Positions 1-11,600 of a DNA stretch of 64,000 nt are shown here, in pieces. Positions within the stretch are counted from its first letter, which is position 1. Every line of letters starts with the position of its first letter. The notes below the pieces were generated by a model. It saw only the letters and a list, made by a program, of their open reading frames with translations. It was not told where the DNA came from and did not search any database. Source of the DNA: Vicugna vicugna. Lineage: Eukaryota. The stretch is from the NCBI GenBank assembly GCA_013265495.1, contig MU058714.1, positions 682,001-746,000 of the forward strand, given 5' to 3'. The position numbers were made by a program, and so were the translations under genes.

Positions 1-215
1 TGCTGTTCTGATTTTAGTGTAAGAAAATAACCTCAGAAAAGCATGTGAGGGTTCAGCAGAGGATTTCAGTACAGCCTCAGTGTTTTATGGCCAGACATTG
101 GAGTCCACCTAAATATTCCACCCTGAGGGTGTCATGTGTATCATTCTTGTAGCAGGAAGCACGGCGGCCTCCAACTGTTACTTCTGTCAGAGATTAAAGA
201 TGCGAGGGAATTCTT

Positions 216-385
216 TTTTTAATGTTCTTTACTTTTTTTAATTGAAGTATAGTTGATTTATGGTGTTTCAGGTGTACAGCAGAGTGATTCTGTTGCACGT
301 ATGTGTCTGTTCTTTTCCAGATGCGCTTCCCTTGTAGGTGGTCACAGACACTGAACATAGTTACAGTAGGTCCTTGTTGTTTACC
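216..385 (-). mobile_element. 5'-truncated L1 3' end with 19-bp target site duplication
   Basis: T-rich tail, ttgaagtatagttgattta...agtaggtccttgttgttt L1 3' UTR motif; flanked by aagatg(c/t)gagggaattctt at 197-215 and 386-404. Confidence 0.78.
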
Positions 386-439
386 AAGATGTGAGGGAAT
401 TCTTGCAATCAAGTCAGGTAGGTAGATAAACTTAATTGA

Positions 440-700
440 GTGACATCAGCAAACAAGGCAGAGAAGGGAACTCTGAGGGCCTGTCCCCCCAGAGAAACAC
501 CCCAAAAAGTGAGCAGAGCTGTAAGAAAAAGCTTTATTGGAACTCTGGAAAGTAGCCCAGGGTTTGTAGTAGCCAGGCAAGTGCAGGATCAAGAAAAGGG
601 GCTTGGCCGGTAGGAGAGCTCTGAGGTGCTGTAACTGAGCCGTGCACTCCCCCTCTCCCGCGGGCAGGGGCTCTCAGGATGTAGGCTGGTTCTGGTGTTC
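440..700 (+). mobile_element. Ancient L1M 5' region fragment (approximate)
   Basis: gaactctggaaagtagcccagggtttgtagtagccaggcaagtgcaggatcaagaaaagg resembles an old L1M 5' consensus (from memory). Confidence 0.35.
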
Positions 701-1039
701 TGATGTGGGCTCCCGGCTCCAGAGGGGCCGAGCAGACCTGTCGCCAAGGAAGTGTGCTTGTCTGTTATGACCTGTCTGGGGGTTCCCGAAAGGAATGTCC
801 CTTATCTGGAACTAACTCTAAGGATGGAAAAGCAGCTGTGCGGAGGGTGTCCCTTGAAAGTGCTGAAGGCAGATGGAAAGGTCCTGTCTGCCCGGTGGAA
901 GGTGCCAGCTGGTGTCACCAGCAGACATGCCGGAAGCCTGGGGTGGGTGCAAAGACAAAGGTTCCTCTAGGGAATAAGATTTTGAAACGGCTGCCACAAT
1001 TGGTGGGCAGGGAATCTAGAGAAAGCCACACGGATGCAC

Positions 1040-1170
1040 GGGCTGCTTCTGGAGGGACGAGAACGTTTGAATTAGACGGAAGTGACTGCGGTGTGGCGCT
1101 AAAAGCCACTGAGCTGTGCGCTTTGAGGTGGTAATTTTAGGTTAGGTTGTGACCTTCACCTCAGTATGAG
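1040..1170 (+). mobile_element. Old L1 (L1MB/ME-like) 3' end fragment
   Basis: gaattagacggaagtgactgc...gccactgagctgtgcgctttgaggtggtaattttag...cacctca. Confidence 0.5.
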
Positions 1171-2555
1171 AAACCTGCATAGTATTGTCACAGAGGGGAT
1201 CTAAGAACAGAAGCCTGAGTGCGCACGTGCCCGTACAGGACAGGAGGCCAGAGGCAGGGAACAGAGGAGCGCTGGTGGCGTTGTCTGTGATCAGCTCACG
1301 GGGGCTCCTGGGACCAGTCTGAGTCCCTGCAGTGGCCCTACGTAACCCCGACAGGGAGTGGTGTGCGAGTTGTCAGAAGGGCCTGCGACGTCCTGACAGC
1401 AGTGGGCAGCCGTGCAGGGGAGCCAGGGAAATGGCCAGAACCAGGCCCCAGGCCACTGGACTGGCCTCCTCCCAGCCCAGCAGTCATGGGGTGGGTGCGG
1501 GGTGTCGGGGTTTCAGGGTCGGTGGGGCGCTCCCGTCCTGCCTGCCCTTTCTTTGGTGGCCCTTTGATGCTGACCAGCTGGGTGGCTTTGCTGGTTCTTG
1601 CTTCCTCTTGAGAGCCTGATGGATTGATTCCCCACCCCCCGTCGCGTTAGCTCCCCGCCCACCTTCCCCACGAGGAAGAGGCGCGCTGGATGGAGCCACC
1701 CAGGGGTGGGGGGTGGGGTGCTTTGTGCCTGAGCCCTTCTTACCCACGGGGCTGTTCCAAGCGCCTCTCAGGGAATTCCCCTTGCACGCAGACTGTCTTC
1801 CCTGCCTAACACTCCATCAGAGGCTGGTGGCCTTCCCCCTGGTGCCTCCCCTGAGGGCAGTGCCAGCCTGAGGCCCCATCTGGGAGGCCCAGGTACTCCA
1901 TGGACCCACATCCAAGGGCCTCACAGACCTCTCTCCTCATCTGCAGCAGCCGTGGTACAGGAGCTGGGCCTTGGTTTTGGGCCCAACTGCCCTGTTGCTG
2001 GGCCCTGGCTCTGCCCTGTCTTTCCTGGTGGCCTGGGGCACATTAGCAAGGCCATCTGGGCTCATTGCTTCCTCGGACGAGGAGGAGGCAGGAGGGAGGA
2101 GGAGATGATACAGGGCCGGCTCTGTACCTCCCAGGGTGCACCATGCCTGGCATGGCCCCCACCCAACCCCCATGGTTCCCGAGAGGCCCGGAGACCTGGC
2201 CTCAGGTGCTGGGCTGCCTGCCCCTTCCAGGAATGTCCCCACAGCTGCCCAGACATTGGGATGGCGCTTAGGGAACCAGGCCCCAGGCTTGCTTGCACAC
2301 TTGCAGGCACCAGCTCCAGCATGGGGCAGTTCGCTTACACGGATCTGCTCCATGCGCCCACCTGCAGGAGCCCCTTCTTGGGTTCCCTACACCCGGGACC
2401 CTCTGCCTGCTGAGCCTGGATGCCCAGAGGGGCTGGGGAGCTGGCTCAGCCCTAGCACGAGGGCAGCCCTGCCTGGGGCCTGAGTGAGGGGTCTGTTAGT
2501 TTCCGCTGGAGCGGTGCTCGTGGTCACCCTGCCCTGTCTGAACATGTTTCAACAG

Positions 2556-2687
2556 GGAGTTGCTTCAGAGGGTTTTGTAGGTGCAGGAGACGGCACATCC
2601 GATGAGCTGGAGACGGCCAGTTCCTCTCCCTGCAAAAGAAGAAAAGAGGATGCAGCCCTGTTTGAGGTCACTGCCGCCACCGAGCGG
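2556..2687 (+). CDS. RNF213: RNF213 optional cassette exon ([44 protein letters not shown]), phase 0-0
   Basis: aacag|GGA ... CGG|gtaggt, 132 nt. Resembles the insert of the long human isoform as I recall it (GATSEVLV...KRRKQDAAPLE). Confidence 0.75.
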
Positions 2688-5600
2688 GTAGGTTGCCTAA
2701 GTGGTGGAACACGTGCCTCCCGCCAAGGCTTGCATGGGGACAGCCCACGCCCTCCCTGACTGCCGTCGGCTGGCGGGCGGTGCGCCTCCTGCCTACCCGG
2801 GCTCTGTGTTTGGCTCTTGTGATGCTGAGATGTTCTGCTGACATTAAATTTCAGCTTTATTGTGTGTGACCCCCATTCCACCATCCATCTTTTTATTTAT
2901 TTATTTTTTTAGGGGGGGTTATTGGACTTATTTACTTATTTTTAGAGGTGGTCCTAGGGGTTGAACCCAGGACCTTGTGCGTGCTAAGCATGCGCTCTGC
3001 CACTTGAGCTGTACCCCATTTTTTGTTTATTTGGCGACTGTCTCCTTTGGCACATGGGAAAACTCATCCCGAAAGCTCCACAGGCTGCGCAGGAGTCTTT
3101 TAACGGAGAAGAGCGGGGGCCCGGGTCTCCCCTGGGCCAGGCTCAGCCTCTGCTGGGGCCTCTGCAGGACCCCCTCCCTCCTGGGGCGCTGCGGCCGCCA
3201 GGGCCCGGGGCCGTGGGCCTCTGTTCTGCACTCTGGCTGTGTAGCTGGAGCCGCTGACTTCAGTGTCTGGTTTCTGGAAGCTCAAGTCCTGACTTCTTTC
3301 ACTTTCTGTAGCCTTTGGGGAGTATTGTGGGCTTCACGAACAGTGTCAAAATGGAAACTAAGCTAATACTTGTCCTGAAAGTGTTTTTGCTTATGAGGAA
3401 AACCAGCGAGGCCTCAGACCCTGAGGAGCAATGTTTGCGGAGCCTAGTCTTAGTGTTTCAGAGTGGAGACTCTCCTGAGTCAGGTGGCCACTGACTCATT
3501 TGAGAAAGATTTATGGAGCAGCAGCTGCCAGCGGGGCACCAGGTGTGGGCTTTGCCTCTGGGCTTGAGTCTGTCGATCAGTTGGGAGCGGAGGCACCTTG
3601 TCAATACAGCAGACATCAGCGCACGAGCTGGACTTTCAGACGGAAAATGGGGGGAGGGTGAAGAGCTCATTCATCACCTACCAGCACAGGAAAGCCAAAC
3701 TGCGAGTCAAGTTTCCCCGGGGAGAGGGTTCGTAGCATGAAGAAGGCAGGCTCGGCTCAGATTTGCACGTCCACTTGGCCAGTTAGCTTGTAGACGTAGC
3801 ACCGCTCCCAGCAGCTTTGGTTTGGGGCTGTTTTTCTTTGTTTGGAAATTGACAAAAGATGATCTCAGGTCCACCTGGGGTGGAAGCTGGCGAGCGTTCC
3901 TACAGAGAAAAGCTGAACAGTCCGTGGGAGATTTGACACCAGAATGTGCTGTGAGCCCATAGCTCATAGCGACACAACATCCTGACGGAGCAACAGGCAC
4001 GCAGCGGGGAGCGCCCGGACCCACGTGTGCACCCGTGCGGCAGTTTAGCTCCTGATGAAGGTGGTGTCACGAATCTGAGAGTCGAAGCTGTGTTGAGTGA
4101 GGGGTGTCTGAGCCACAGCTCACCATTTGGAAAAAGCTGCTCTACTCAAACTCAGCCCTAAAATAGATGCCAGATGGGTTCACTATTTTAATGTGAAAGA
4201 CACCCTGGAAGATCTAGAAAACAGAGGCGGCTGTTTATCAAAGTAGACACTCGCAAGCTTCACCGGAACACCTGCGTGAGTGCTGACGTGGCCGTGTGGG
4301 TATTCCAGGTTCTGGGTCCCGGGGGACCACTGGCGACTGTGGGAAGCAGGTGGCTGGAAGACTGCAGTGAGCGACAAAGGGTTCACAACTGCAATGCATA
4401 ATTAGTCCTTTCAGAGAAAGGAGACATCAGCGCACTAGCGGAACAATGGGCATCAGAGGCAGTTCACAGGAGACGAGGAGAGCAGGCAGGGAGCCTGGGG
4501 GAGAGCTCGCCTAGAAGGGTGAGCAGAGGGGAGGCGCGCCCACCTCCCCGGGGCCGCACGTTGCCTCTGATGGGTGGGGTTTGATTTGTGTTAAAAGAGG
4601 GTTTGGGCTGGGGGCTGCCGCCCCAGGTGATGTGAAGCCCACCAGTTTGCTGTTGGGGGCTGGGCTGAGGTCTGGGGTCCACGCAGAGGGCTGTTATCGT
4701 GGTGTCACCCTCTCCCCCAACAGTTGTCTTCCAGGAACTGGGGCACGTCCCTCCAAGGGTCCTTCCTGCATTTACACAGCCGCACCTCCCAGGCCCTCCA
4801 GGTTCTGCAGCGTCGCCCACCTCGCTGTGGCGGGAGCTTCATTGTTTCTTCCCTGCTGACGGTGCCCCTCCTTCTGGAAGGCAGGCCTGATGCAGGTTCC
4901 CTGGGGAGGACAGCGGGCACCTGTCCACAAGGTCCGAGGCTTCCTGCCACCCCCTGTGATGCCCCTAGGGATGAGCACCTGCCATGCTGGGGCCCCCGCG
5001 TGAGGTGCCACGACACGGCAGTCTGGTGCCCTGAGGACACTGTGGCCCAAGTACGTCTACCAGAGCCTGACGTCTGATGCCACCAAGGCTGTTAGAACAT
5101 TGCTTACCTTGACTTACTTGGGGCTACTTTAAAGTTTGAGTATTTTAACCATTAGAAATATTTCGGTTGCAAAAAGTTGAAACCCTGACCCGGGTTAATT
5201 AATATGATGAAGAGAATTGTCACTCACATAACTAAGAAATCCTCGAGGGGACCTGGCTGCAGGAGAGGCTTCATCCAGGCACCTAGAGGATGTTCCTGAA
5301 GTCCAGGTGCCCCTCTGTGTCTTCGCACTGCCTTCCTCATGTTAGTTAGCTCCTCAGCCTCTCAACCGCTGTTCCAACACTCTGGACCTTTCCACAGCTA
5401 TTCACCTTCCACTGCATTGTGCAGGGGCCAAAAGAATGCCACCTCTGGGGCCCCTGGAGAGAGAAGAGGAAGTGTCTCTGAGGGGAAGCTGCCTTTGATT
5501 CTGAGTGACTCTGATTGGGCCACTGGCTGGGGTGAGGCTCACCCTGGGGCTGGAGTAGAGTTAATCCTGCTTGAATCACTTGGCTGAGAACGGGAAATTC

Positions 5601-8600
5601 AGGGGACCGTTTCCTGGAGTTGGGTGGGAGGGCGGGAGCAGGAGGCCAGGCAGCAGGGAGGCAGGGGAGGCCTGAGGACCTCTCCGAGGCTCTGGAACTG
5701 GTCCAGTCAGGCCCCCAGCAAATCCAGCCATCCCGTGGTTCCTTGGGCAGAGATTCTGCCACATCTGTTTCCTGACGGTCTCTCACTTCCTCCTCCCGGT
5801 CCCTGTGGTGGAGTCGTGGTCGCCGTTGCAGCTGGCGTGTAAGCGAGGGGCGGCACTGATCCTAGTGACACCAGTAGTTAGGGGCAGCCTGAGCTTTCTG
5901 GTTCCCATCCCAGGTTCTTTTCTCTCGTTGCTTCTGCCATGACACATCTGAAGTTTATAGAAAGGACCCCCCCCCCGCCCCACTGAAGCATCGCCCACAT
6001 GCATCTGCCTGGTTCTACAAAAGAGACGATGGAAGCTGAGAAAGGTTACTTGGATCTGGAGAGGGCGGGAAGGACGGCTGCAGGGGGGTTCGGGCAGTGC
6101 CTGTGGGCTAGAAGGACGGGCTTGATCAGAGGCCGGGTGGAAAGGTGCCGCGGTCCTCGCACAGCACTGCTGTCAGTGCAGGCGGGGCCAGAGGACCCCG
6201 GCAGGTTTGGGCTCACCTGTCAGCCTCGAACACTTCGGTCTTCGTCAAGCAGCCTCACTGACCTCTGTCCAACTAGTCAGTGTCCCCACCTGTCGCCCCC
6301 ACATCCTGCTGTGGGTGCCTCCTTGGAGTCCCCAGCACCACCCATGGGTGCTCCTGACACAGCACTCCGGTGAGTGAACGGGGCTGGCTTGCCTTCCCCC
6401 AGACCGGGGGTCTCCTCTCTGCTGTCCGTTCCTGGGAGGCCTTTTTTTTTTAATGGAAAAACATTCATTACAAAATCAGAGGTATATTTTGACCCCCAAA
6501 ATTCCGCAGATTAACAGACTGATTTTTTCCTGGTCCGTTCTCATCAGGCAGGAGTGAGAATAGCCCCTGTGTGTACATGTGGAGCCTCTGAATCAAGGTG
6601 TGACTGGTGTCGTGTGAAGTGTGTGTGCGGCCTCGTAACCCTGGCCAGGTCCAGACAGGACATTCCAGGCCCCAGAAAGCTAGCTAGGTCCCTTCCACGT
6701 CAGCAAACTCTTCATTTAAAACCTGTTTTAATGAACTATTAAGCCCAGCATAAAGGGCGTTTGTAGCACAGATGCAGGATTAACAAAGTGAATGCTCACC
6801 CCCTACCGTCTGTCATAAGTATGCACATCATCAGAGCTCCTGGGGTCTCCTCTCAACTGCCCCCGCCCACTTCCCACTCCCAGGGGTCACGACCCACATC
6901 TGTGCCTGCGTTCCCAACCAGTGCTTAGTTTTGGCACATGTATTCCCACCAGTGCAGTTAGAATTGCAGAGCACGATAATTAAGAATTTTGACTTTTGTC
7001 AAAGAAAAAGTTAGGCTTTGGCCCCAGGCCTTGCTTTACAGGTGTGCCAACAGCCTGAGGTCTGCCAGCAGCCCTGACTGTAGACCTCTGGGGGCACAGG
7101 GCACACCCACACCCCCACAGATGTGCGTTGAGAGAACTCCCAAGTCGCCTGTGCAAAATCTAAATCTTACTCTAAAGGTTTTGAAGCAGCTTCTGAAAAG
7201 CACAATCAAATAGGAAGAAGAAAAGGAGGAAACGAGGTAAAGTGGAGAAAGGAAAATTGCAAGTCAGAAGTCAAAGCCGGTCCTTGGATCTGAGCACAGA
7301 CGGGGCTCTGGGCGAGGGGAACTTTCCGAGGAATGTGCTGAATGGGACAGAAGCGTGGGGGCACCTCCAGGGGGCCTGGGATCGGTCTGGACCCTGTGGC
7401 TGCAGCAGTGCGGAGAACAAAATAAAGGTGTATTGAGTTGTAGGGCGACGGTTACTAAGGAGGGAAATGCAGCAGGTGGAGTTCTGGGAAGCTCTGCTCT
7501 CTTACTGAGGGTGTCTGGATGGTCTGCTGGGGTGCGGGGCAGGGCACTAGGTGATGGAGTTGTCTGGGGAAGAGCCGGCAGGGAGACGGCCTGATTGTAT
7601 GACTTAGTGAGGACCAGAGAGCTCAGGAGGCGGGGTCCCACCTGCACGGCCACAGTGGGCCATACACATGGGCAGAAGGAGCCAGGGGGAGCGTGGCCCA
7701 GAGCCTGTTCTGGGGGGCAGGGTAGGCAAGTTTGAGCAGGTGTAGGACTGGCTAGTTTGAGTAATCTTGGTGGGCTCTGGACTGCGGGGTTGTCTAGCTG
7801 TCCTGCACTTGGCCCCTGGGTGCCGCAGGCCAGAGGTCAGGAGCAGGTCAGGGGTGTTGGTTGGTTTGCATATGAAAGGTCTGTTCCTGGGGAGTCATCT
7901 AGTCCCTCTGGGAATTAGCTCACCTTGGCGGGGTGGCCTCTCTGGGACTAGCAAGGCCTCTGAAAGCATCTTAAAATACAGAAAATTTAAAAACAAGATT
8001 CATCCCGGAGGCCGGGGCAGGACAGGAGTGAAGCTGGCAGGTGGTGAGGACCGATCGTGCAGGGTCTTCTGGCCACGCAGAAGCTTGGGTTCTGGGTGAG
8101 CAGGTTGGCCTCGGAGCAGCCCGTGGCACTGGCCACTTTCACACAGGCGGGACCCAGGGATCTTTGCCAAGTGGGCGAGACCGCCTTCTTGGACTCAACC
8201 TTGCCTCTTCCCTGGGAAGCCTCCGAGTCCTCCCACAAGCTGCAGCCGTCTGCCTTTAGACTTTTCTCTCCCGTGAGACCGTCAGCTCCGTTGGGGAGAA
8301 AGCCTTTACTCTCTTGTTCCTTGTGCTTGGGACAGAGGTCCTGGCTCCCGAGTACACCACTGTAGGACAGAAGTGACTTGATTTAAGCCAGTTTCAGACT
8401 GAAGAAGGAGGAGATTCTGCAAAGGGCTTGCGGTCGTGGGTCTGCACGCGGCCTTCTGTGGGTCGCCCCCACCCCCGCCGTGGTGTCCAGGGCGGCTGTG
8501 TGGGAGGGGACGCTGGCGCCCAGGCGCCCGGACCAGCTGGGTCAGAGCTGGGCGCGCAGGGTGGGGCGCTGCCTGCCCTACTGCCCACAGCGCAGGCCTG

Positions 8601-11600
8601 GAGTGGCAGCAGCTCCGTGGAAACGCAGAACCTTGGGTTCCCCAGATGTGCAGGTTGGCAAGATCTTGAGATCTGTACGCCCTGGAAGCTGGAGAAGTGA
8701 CCACCTTAAATGGCCTTCCTTCAGCCTCCTTCCACCATGCTGTTGGCGGGTGTCTATGCCAGGCCGGGAAGCCGCCCCCCAGGGGCGGCCTGTGCGCGTC
8801 ATGCTGGTCGTTTCAGGCAGGCCGGCAGCAGGTCAGGTCAGGACGCCTGGAGGAAATCCAAGAGCTGACCCAGAACAAGGCCACCCACCCCACGCGCAAA
8901 CCCCTAGGTCTTCCTTCTCTCCCTCCCGGAGACTCAGCCCAGGCGGGGTTGGGGGGTGGGGTTCACAGGTCACCAGCACTTAATGAACCAATCCAGCCCC
9001 GCAGGCCCTTGAAGGGCCCGCCACACACACTTCATGTCTGATTCTGAAGTCGGAGGCTGGCCTCTGAGTGAGGATCTCCACGCAGAGGCGGGATGTGCCA
9101 GCGCGGGTGCAGGAAGCAACCACTCAGACTTCTGTTCGTGTTCTGTTTTGTCCATGATACAAACCGCGGGACCTGCGCGTGCCGTCTGATGTTTGAAAAC
9201 CGTCCTCACAGGGACATCCCGTCAGAAGGAATTGCACCTGGGGTTCTCAGCTTGGACTTGGCTGAACGGAGCGTGTGACCTGCACAGGTCCCTCAACCCT
9301 GTTCACCACTCCTGTTCACTTAGTGTCTCAATTCCATTCTTTCCAAGCAAGGAAATGGCAGATTTAGCAGATGTCAGGTGGTTTGGTGGAGCTAAGCGTG
9401 ACAGAAATTGAAAGGCAGTTGGAGGAGAACATTGGTGAGAGCAGAGTGAATCTGAGAAGTAAAATTAGTGTCTCTTTTTCTGTTTAGAGCAAAAGGAAGA
9501 AAAGGAAGAAAAAGAATCAAAACGGTCCCACAGCTGCAGAGCTGGACTCCTTGTCCCCGGCCTCCTTGGGCCCCAACAACCTGAATTCGCTTGCAAGCCC
9601 TGGGTTCCAGGACACAGCCCCACCCCAAAGCCCAGCTCAGCGGGGTGGTCCCACTCGCCAGCCGAGCCAGCCCTCAGGTGTGGGCGTGATGCCGCAGGAG
9701 GCTGGTGACCACCCTCTGCAGGGCCAGAGCTCGGGAGGGACAGAAGCAGCCACGGGCACCAAGTCTCCAAGCAGCCTGGCATCCCAGGACCCAACTCAGG
9801 GAGGAGCCCTCCCGGAAGGGAGGGGCCACCACTCCCTCCACCCCTCCAAGGGCAAAGGCCTCCCCACTTCTGCCAGCGAAGGCCGTCCTCAGGAGAAAGA
9901 TGCTGCCCAGAAACCCCCACTGCCAGAGCCAAAGGGGGGCTGCTCCAAGCCCGGGGAGGGGCCTCGGACCTCCGCATCCTCCGGGGTGAGTCATCAGAGG
10001 AGTGAGGCCTGGGGTCGGTCCGCCCTGCCTTCTGTGCCTTGCTGTGCTGTGCGGCTCTGACAGCACCTCCCTGTCTGGCAGGGCCTCCACTAGGACTTGC
10101 TCCCGGGGAGGGAGCTGTGCGAGGGGCTGCCCCTCCACCTTGCCCTGCTGACCCCTGCCACTGGGCGGGGCGCAGGTGCCGACCCTTCCACTGCCAAGTC
10201 ACAGTTTCCCTGTCCATTTTGTCATCTCTGCCCTGAAGTTGCGGGGTCTTTATTTCTTCCAGGCAAGTGATACTGCAGCCAAGCCAGCTGGTCCAGGGAA
10301 GGGGGCTGGGAAGGAAGTTAAAAGTAAGACTGAGAAAACAGAACAGCCGCCCACAAGCGCCCCTGCTTCCCGAGGCCACCGCCAGGTAAAGTGTCTCGTT
10401 CCTGCCTGGTCTCCTCTCTCTGGGGAGCCATCCTTGTTCCTGCCATCTGTCCCACGGTCTACTCCTTTTGGCCACAGTCCTTCCGCAGCTCAATTTAATC
10501 ATTTGGTGAACATGTGTCAGGTGCCGAGGGTGTGGCCCGGAACAAGGCCACCTCCTGCCTTCTAGAGCTCACACTCCAGAGGAAGAAAGACAGAAGTGCT
10601 GAGGGGAGAAGGGCAAGGGGCGGGGGTGCTGGAACTGGGTGCCAGGCTAGCCTATGGGTATCTGGGCACACGCAAAGGCCCTGAGGTAGAGTGTGGAGGG
10701 CCTGTTCAGGGAGCAGCCAGGAAGCTGGTGCTCCCATGAGGAAGTGAGGGAACTAGGGGCCTTGATGGTGCTGGGGAGAGGGCCTTCCGCGGCTGTGGTG
10801 AGTGGACCTGAAGGCATTTGAAGGTTCTGAGCAGGGAAGGGGCGTGTCCACTCCGGCCGCTGTGAGAAGTGACCATTGCTGGGGGCAGATGTGGAGGCTG
10901 GTCGTAAAGGTCGGGGTTGGGTTCCTTGTTCCAGGAAGCCAAAACCAAGGACCAGACTGCTGTTCCAGGAGGGAAAGGAGGTGAAACTGAGAAAGCTAAG
11001 CCGCAGGACCCAAAGAAGCCAGAGGGGAATGGCAGGAGCGATGCAGCTGCAGTGAAAGGGAAGGAGCAAAGGAACCAGAGCGCCCACAGAGCTGAGGAGA
11101 GGTGGGTGCGAGCCCGGCCCCCGCCCCGCCCCAGGGGAGGGTCCCAGGAGCTGAGGAGAGGTGGGTGCGAGCCGGCCCCGCCCCGCCCCGCCCCAGGGGA
11201 GGGTCCCAGGTTGCCCTTTTGTTGACTCTTTTCCAGGAGAGGGAAACACTTGGGAGGGAGGCAGGGGCGGAGCATCTGTCCCAACTCCTCGCTTGGTTTA
11301 AAAACTCCAGCACATGGTCCCTGGGGTTCTGGAGGCAGCACGGGCCTTAGGGAAGTCAGGAGAGAATCTATCGTGTCCCAGAGTGCTAACCCACCCCCAC
11401 CCGCCACTGCCCCCCGCCCCTCGGAGCTGTACGGAGGTCGGCCCCACCGTGCCCACCCTCCTCCTCCACTGAGAAGGACAGCCTGGGGACCCGCAGGGCA
11501 GGCAGTCTGTCTGAAGTGTGAACGCCCTGCCGAGAAACGGGTCGCGTGTGCCTGCGTGTGTGCACGTGGGTTTTGTGCACTCGAGTGCGTCCACGCGTGT

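Noticed and set aside
9465..10502. 345-aa minus-strand ORF, and the nearby 200-233 aa minus-strand ORFs at 10647-11407
   Set aside because: Antisense to GC-rich RNF213 exons, low-complexity G/P/R/S composition, no recognisable domain; expected from stop-codon scarcity.
11148..11160. 13-nt micro-exon (cccag|GAGCTGAGGAGAG|gt) in the second repeat copy
   Set aside because: The upstream intron would be only ~46 nt, below the practical mammalian minimum.
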